Below, in pieces: positions 63,793-64,000 of a stretch of 64,000 bases of DNA (positions are counted from its first letter, which is position 1; each line of letters starts with the position of its first letter). A program made the translations under genes and the position numbers. Source of the DNA: Podarcis gaigeae (taxonomy: Eukaryota); assembly GCA_964106915.2 (NCBI GenBank), contig OZ066916.1; one strand, given 5' to 3'. Under the pieces are notes generated by a model. It was not told where the DNA came from and ran no database searches. It worked only from the letters and a program-made list of their open reading frames with translations.

Positions 63793-63869
63793 GAAACTTA
63801 CTCCTGAGTAGACAATCCTAGGTGCAGACTTACAGCTCCACTGACAACAGTGGTGTTTACTTCTGAATG

Positions 63870-64000
63870 AGAACCTAGAAAGAGTTCTGTTGGATCAGAC
63901 CAAAGGTCCTTCAAGGCCAGCATTCTGGTCCCACAGTGACCAACCAGATGCCTATGGGAAGGCCACCAGTTGAATATGAGAGCAATGTTCCCCTGTGCTG
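63870..64000 (-). mobile_element. CR1 3' tail, uninterrupted copy
   Basis: GGATCAGACCA...CCAGCATTCTG...CACAGTGACCAACCAGATGCC; same family as the 2090 and 47370 copies. Confidence 0.75.

Overview
This is vertebrate non-coding DNA, most likely from a lacertid lizard (Podarcis/Lacerta/Zootoca-like). That assignment is inferred from the repeats: Sauria SINE, Squam3 SINE, BovB, squamate L1/L2/CR1, and a young Tc1/pogo MITE with CAGTGGTACCTC ends. I recognise no host protein-coding exon or functional RNA gene, so the window looks like a large intron or gene desert. It is dense in transposon relics, with short CpG-retaining unique segments between them that may be enhancers. Most listed ORFs are noise or TE remnants. 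The strongest signals are: (1) three divergent Ngaro/DIRS-like terminal repeats sharing a long-range RNA helix with compensatory base changes next to the poly(A) signal; (2) two Gypsy-type solo LTRs with an open frame in the same phase from LTR base 2, ending acidic-basic-W-TDS[E/D]G; (3) two different solo LTRs inserted at adjacent 5-mers of the same CR1 3' tail; (4) a Harbinger-like MITE carrying a CTCF motif; (5) a composite hAT element that captured an L2 tail. Family names come from recall, not a database search.
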